Shown here piece by piece: positions 15,651-64,000 of a DNA stretch of 64,000 nt. This DNA comes from Octopus vulgaris (Eukaryota): NCBI GenBank assembly GCA_951406725.2, contig OX597839.1, forward strand, positions 36,890,001-36,954,000, in the 5' to 3' direction. The first letter of the stretch is position 1; every line of letters begins with the position of its first letter. Below the pieces are notes generated by a model. The model worked only from the letters and a program-made list of their open reading frames with translations. It was not told the DNA's origin and searched no databases. A program made the position numbers and the translations under genes.

Positions 15651-16521
15651 GCCTTGAAATCAAAATCAAAATCAACGACTGGCATCCGTGCTAGTGGAGT
15701 GCTAAGAGTACCATATGAGCGTGATCGTTGCCAGGGCAACAGGTTGGCCTCCATGCCGGTGGCACATAAAAAGCACCATTCGATCGTGATCATTACCTGC
15801 GTCGCCTTACTAGCACTTGTCCTGGTGGCACGTGAAAAAAAACATTCGCGCGAGGTCATTGCCAGTGCCGCTGGACTGGCTCCTGTGCAGGTGGCACATA
15901 AAAAAAGCACCATTTGAACATGGCTGTTGGCAGCACTGCCTGACTGGCCCGCATGCTACTGGCATGTAAAAGCACCAACTACACTTTTGGAGTGGTTGGC
16001 ATTAGGAAGGGCATCCAGCTGCAGAAACTCTGCCAGCACAGACTGCAATCTGGTTCGCCAGACCTCAGTCAAATCATCCAGCCCATGCCAGCATGGAAAG
16101 CAGATATTAAACGATGATGATGATATTTATATCTAGCCAAAGATATATATATAGATATATATATGTGTGTTTGTGTGTGTGTAAATATATATATATATAA
16201 CATCATCATCATCATCGTTTAACGTCCATTTTCCGTGCTAGCATGGCTTGGATGGTTCAACCGGGGTCTAGGAAGCCAGGAATCTGCACCAGGCTCAAAT
16301 CTGATCTGGCAGTGTTTCTACAGCAGGATGCCCTTCCTAATGCCAACCACACTGTGAGTGTAGTGGGTGCTTTTTACGTGCCAGGGCAGGCTGGCAGCGG
16401 CCACGATCGGTTGGTGCTTTTTACATACCACCGGCATAGAAGCCAGTCAAGGTGGTGCTGGCATTGGCCACATTTGGATGGTGCTTTTTACGTGCCATAT
16501 ATATATATACATATATGTGTG

Positions 16522-16566
<45 letters not shown>

Positions 16567-16568
<2 letters not shown>

Positions 16569-16909
16569 TGTTGTTGGCATTATTTTTGTTTTGGGAGACA
16601 ATGGAGTTGTGCATGAAATAATCTAGTCTGGCTTTTACATTTCATGTCCTAATACATCTCCTGCTATGGCTGTTAGTCCTACCCTGGAGAAACTCTCCCT
16701 CTGGCAGGTGCTCGGCTTGTTGTAATGTCATAGTTTCTTGTTGACGTCTTTTCTTGTCTTTCCATTTCTCCTCTCTCTCTTTGTCACTCCTTTGCGTTCC
16801 CTCCTTTACGGTATGTCACCAATCTCCACATTTGCTGGCAATTTCTTCCCAGGTGCTAATATTTATGTTGCAGGCCTTCATGTCCCTTTTGCAAACATCC
16901 TTGTATCGT
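16567..16909 (-). mobile_element. 3' end of an RTE-clade LINE (decayed ORF2 C-terminus, (CAA)n tail)
   Basis: Minus-strand translation [36 protein letters not shown]...SHSRRC resembles RTE ORF2 C-termini; ends in caacaacaa. The last ~100 bp recur at ~17510-17612. Confidence 0.7.
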
Positions 16910-16962
16910 CTATATATTTATTTATGTGTTTTTATACATATTTATGTGTTTGTGTGGGTGTG

Positions 16963-17024
<62 letters not shown>

Positions 17025-17375
17025 GTGTTTATATATATATATATATTTATGTGTTTATATATATATATATATATTTATGTGTTTATATATATATATATAT
17101 ATTTATGTGTTTATATATATATATATATATATTTATGTGTTTATATATATATATATATTTATGTATTTATATATATATATATATATATTTATGTGTTTAT
17201 ATATATATATATTTATGTGTTTATATATATATATATTTATGTGTTTATATATATATTTATGTGTTTATATATATATATATATATGTAGGTCCCAGGTTGA
17301 GTCGGGGTTAACCACAGTAAATAAGGTACTCAATACATAGCAGAGTAAAGTAATTTATTTTATTTTATAGAAGGG

Positions 17376-17424
17376 GCTTCTACAGGACTAGAACTGTTTC
17401 ATTCAGATGAAATCTTCAGGAAGC
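17376..17424 (-). ncRNA. Type I hammerhead ribozyme motif (inverted copy)
   Basis: Exact reverse complement of 17434-17482. Confidence 0.68.
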
Positions 17425-17433
17425 GCAACAACA

Positions 17434-17482
17434 GCTTCCTGAAGATTTCATCTGAATGAAACAGTTCTAGTCCTGTAGAAGC
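17434..17482 (+). ncRNA. Type I hammerhead ribozyme motif
   Basis: Stem I GCTTC/GAAGC; core CTGAAGA (17439-45); stem II TTC-ATCT-GAA with a U-U first pair; GAAA (17458-61); stem III ACAG/CTGT; cleavage triplet GTA (cut after 17477). Confidence 0.7.
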
Positions 17483-18427
17483 CCCTTCTATAAAATATAT
17501 ATATATATATTGTTGTTGTTGGCATCATTTTTGTTTTGGGAGACAATGGAGTTGCGCATAAAATAATCTAGTCCGGCTTTTACATTTCATGTCCTAATAC
17601 AACTCCTGCTATACACACACACACATTTAAGAGTGTACACTGGTGTTCTATTCTTTCATATTAAAAGGAGAAACTAACCTTCAGTAGGTCAACCAAACTG
17701 AAGGTTTTGCCCTAACACAGCTGCAGTCCAATGCCTAAAACCAATAGAAAACAATGGAAGAACATATGCATACATCTAACCATATTATACATTATCACAA
17801 GCAGCAGTTGCCTTATTCTAATGATTGCATTGTATTAATAAATAGAAAGGCTGTCAAGTCTTGAGGGATCACATAAGTAGGGATTTAGTTAGGGATTTAT
17901 GGTATTTATCAGCTAAAACTACTGATAAAATAACTAGTAACCTATCCTGTGGATAGGAAACAATCCCCTCAAAACAACACTTCCCCTATCTCAGAAGATT
18001 TGGCAGCTAAGTAAATTGAGACATTTATATTTCACAGTGGAGGTGAGGACAGAATTAGGTGTTGTATATAGACAGACACATAGTTTCTAACTGTGCACAC
18101 ACTATATTCTTTATTATGTCATTACTGCACCTAATCACCTGCATATACCACTTCAGTATCATCCATCCACTTCACTGCTACATTGCAGCTGCACTTAGTC
18201 ACCTGCATATACCACTGCAGTATTATCAACCTATCTCCCTGCTTCATCATTGCTGCACTTAGTCACCTGCATATACCACTGCAGTAACATACCCACGACT
18301 ATGCTATGCTATTACAGCACTCACTCACCTTTTGTATCAAACATGTTTTCTTTCTTCCAAAAGCTACAACTGTGTTGCTGCATTATCAGTGTTGATAAGA
18401 TCAGATAGATAAATATCCATCCATCAT

Positions 18428-19030
18428 TTGCAGGCCAACAACCCACCCATCACCTGCAGGCCGGCAACCCGCCTGTCACCCACAGGCCGGCAACCTGTCC
18501 GTCACCCGGAGGCCGGCAACCCACCCATCACTCACAGGCCGTCAACCCACCCATCAATCACAGGCCGTCAACCCACCTGTTACTTACAGGCCGACAACCT
18601 GCCCATCACTCACAGGCTGACAACCTGCCCATCACTCACAGACCAATGTCCATCGCTTGCAGACTGATATCCTGTCCATCATGTACAGACCAATACCTCA
18701 TGCTTCACTCACAGACCAATATCCCATCCCTCACCCGCAGACCAATATCCTATCCATCACACGTAGGCCAATACACCATCCATCACATGCTGACCAATAT
18801 CTCATCCATCACTCACAAACTGACCTCTATCCATCACCCACAGATTCACCACATCCATCATACACAAATCGATATCCATCACACACAGACCAATATCCAT
18901 CATAAGCAGGCCAACACAGACCAATGTCCATCCCCCCATAAATCTACAATATTCATCACCTGCAGGTCCACCATATCCATCCTATGGAGACCAATATCTA
19001 TCACACACCGATTAATATCCATCACACACA
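18428..19030. repeat. Degenerate ~26-bp minisatellite
   Basis: About 8 copies of the type CACAGGCCGGCAACCCACCCATCACT, grading into CAGACCAATATCCxATCCATCAC variants. Confidence 0.8.
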
Positions 19031-21524
19031 AAGATCTATATTCACCTCCCATATTTCCAACACTGTAAAATCACGCTAAGCCTCAGAGCATCATTATTAG
19101 TAATACAGCACTACTATGAAGGAGCCACAGAATGTCACAGGAAATTCATCACTCACAAAGCTGTAATAACTGGAGTAATGCTATATCTTGTTCTCCATCC
19201 TATTCTTAATATGAGTATGTGCAGTAAATGAGTGGTATTAATAAAATGTGCTTGCCATTTCTATCTTGAGAACAGTTTTGGTGTTCTACATTGATAACAT
19301 TAGTGAACTGTAATAAATTTGAACTTACTGGATTACCTACTCTATTTTCTATTACCACATGTCATCATTTTACTTGGCTGAGCAAGATGTATTTAGTTAC
19401 TCCAAGCAACACACATATGAATAGAAGCTGTATAGTTTGATCACTTTGTGAGGAAGCCACCCTCCTACTTTATTTTTTCAGAATAACCAGCTGGCAGCAT
19501 TAAACAACCTGCTGATTTTTATAACAATTACAAACAGAGGACACTATCAATGATTATAAGTGGTTTCCACTGTTTATACATACAAACACATACACAAATA
19601 TACAAGGGCTGACCTGGGACTAAAAAAAAACAGTAAGGAAGAATATATTAGATAATGTAGTCCTAAATACCACAATGTATCAATATGGAATAACAGACTT
19701 AACTGGAGTACACTTCATCATAGATATGCTAACCTGGAGCATATAACAAAACTATAAAGCAGAAGGAACACATTAGATAATGTAGCCACAAAAACATCAG
19801 ACAAGATAGTCACAGTTGGAACATTTTTAGAGCTGACCTGGAGCTGAACAACAACAATTATTGCCAACCATCTAATACCCAATATAAATTTCAGTCTTAA
19901 TACCAAACCACATCAGTCAAGCATTTCCTTATCACCATAGGGCCCTGTAAGACAGTGTACATATTCATTCATAGAGAAACATCGAAATAAAACAAAAAAT
20001 AAATACAAACACAAATAATGAAATAAAGACAATCCTGCAAATAAAATTTTTTAAAAATTCTATTCACTTTATTGTTGTCTCCAGTATCAATAACACCATC
20101 TACCCTTCCCACTCCTGTATCAACACCTCTGCAAGCTCTTTTGCAGAAAAATGCAATTAGAATAGTGCAGTTAGCTGAAATTTTTTTCAAAGACTTAGTG
20201 TTTGAAATTGGCAAACATTCCTAAACCAATTATGGAGAAGGAAAAAAAAGGAAATTGGTTTTGCATCTTGCTGCAATATGAAAAGATTTCAGTAGCAACA
20301 CCTTGCAGCGCAATTTTGCAGAATTCACAAATACATTGAAAATTTGTTATTTATTAAATATGCCGTTTCAAAGAGAACAGGATAAAACCTTCCCTTCCCC
20401 TTCCCCCATAGCCAAGGAAGATACTTTAGTGGATGAAAAGCAAGATGAGTGACTGTGATACAAATGACATGATTAAAAGTGATGTGGATTATTAATAATA
20501 AAAGAAAAAGTAGGAAAGGTTTCCAAGACAACAGATGAGTCCAAGACTGAAGTAGAGGGGAGATTGATTTGAAAGTTTAAAAGAATAAAAAAAAAAACAT
20601 TTACTTTCAAAGAAAATTGCGTTGACTGCCATAAATAACAGTGTAATATATAGATTTCTGTTAAAGCATTTCTTTGATGTGGTGCTGGTTGTTTAACCCC
20701 AGGTTAGTCCTGGTCAGGCAGATCTATCAAAGACATGCCAGCTGTGATCATCCAGTCTTTTCATATGCAGTTCACTTGGACAAATTTGAAGGAAGTATGG
20801 CTGCTATTACTAACAAGTTAAGTGATGATAGAAAGGCTCCCTCGTTGACTCTGTAATATGTTTTCTAGCTTGATGTTGCCACTAAAAGGAAAAGCATTAA
20901 CCCACAAGTTCTCACCTTGCACTTCATAACTGAAGCACTTAGAATAGATTAAAGAGTCAATTATTTTTTTTAAAATTGTTCCTATTTCAAAGTTATTTCA
21001 TGCCACTTATGTTGTAGTTTAGCCCCAGGATTACTTTGATGTAGCAGATCTATGATCAAAGACTTCCAGCAGTGATCATACTATCTTTTATTCAGACATA
21101 TTACATCTAAGACTACATTATGTAATGAGTTCTTCCTTCATAATGTTGTTTGACCCCAGGTCAGCCCTTATGAAGTAGGCCTATAATTAAACAAGTTTCA
21201 GATGTGTCCATCATGCTTTGTATATTTAATATTACATTATCCAATGTATCCCATTTTAGGGAGATTTGGTTATTTCTAGTAGTTGAACAACCAAATAGAT
21301 GGCCTCTTGTTGATTCATTTTTGCTCATATTGATAGAATAAAGAAAAGGTGTGAATATCACAACTTCCCATTCCTGCAGAACCTATCCAAGAATATTACA
21401 TTAAAACAATAAAAATACATTCATTCTTAAAGAAATTATTTGAAATCTGAACACATTACTTTCTTGTTTTTTTTTTTTTTCTTTGTTAATTAAAGAGAGT
21501 TGTATTAATTACTTTATATTCCAG

Positions 21525-63978
<42,454 letters not shown>

Positions 63979-64000
63979 TGATGGATTCAATAGCAGTTTG

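Larger units (their letters stand above)
17284..17497. mobile_element. Penelope-like (PLE) pLTR remnant with inverted duplication, inserted in (TA)n
   Basis: Flanked by (TA)n. Contains a perfect 64-bp inverted repeat (17361-17424 / 17434-17497) carrying a hammerhead core. Inverted pLTRs with hammerheads are typical of PLEs. Confidence 0.65.

Noticed and set aside
18428-19068. Pro/Thr/His-rich ORFs as the missing first neprilysin exon
   Set aside because: They lie in a 26-bp (non-triplet) minisatellite; no convincing phase-compatible donor site was found.
20085-20225. Acceptor-like TTGTCTCCAG followed by a short open frame
   Set aside because: No donor site or homology linking it to the gene; stops occur in all frames.

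Overview
AT-rich eukaryotic genomic DNA. The SINE families and microsatellite style suggest a cephalopod, probably Octopus (inference). Positions 1-~16.5 kb are the distal end of a young tandem array of ~2.65-kb units (6 full units plus a partial), each built from SINE-like elements, (TA)n and an internal LINE endonuclease/tether fragment. From 21525 to beyond the window end lies a + strand neprilysin-type (M13) zinc metallopeptidase gene. I traced 16 GT-AG exons with matching phases (575 codons) covering the TM anchor, VNAFY and HEITH motifs; the first and last exons are not located. Introns and flanks hold SINEs, Helitrons, piggyBac and hAT derivatives, Tc1/mariner relics, a 182-bp minisatellite and a damaged tRNA-Val. 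The most notable extras are: hammerhead-ribozyme motifs in Penelope-like inserts (an inverted pair at 17361-17497 and sense-strand motifs in intron 6); an old degenerate tandem series in the 16-kb intron 5 that may be a decayed antisense multi-exon secreted-protein gene cluster; and large fold-back SINE pairs that could be A-to-I editing substrates. All coordinates were read by eye, so repeat edges are approximate.
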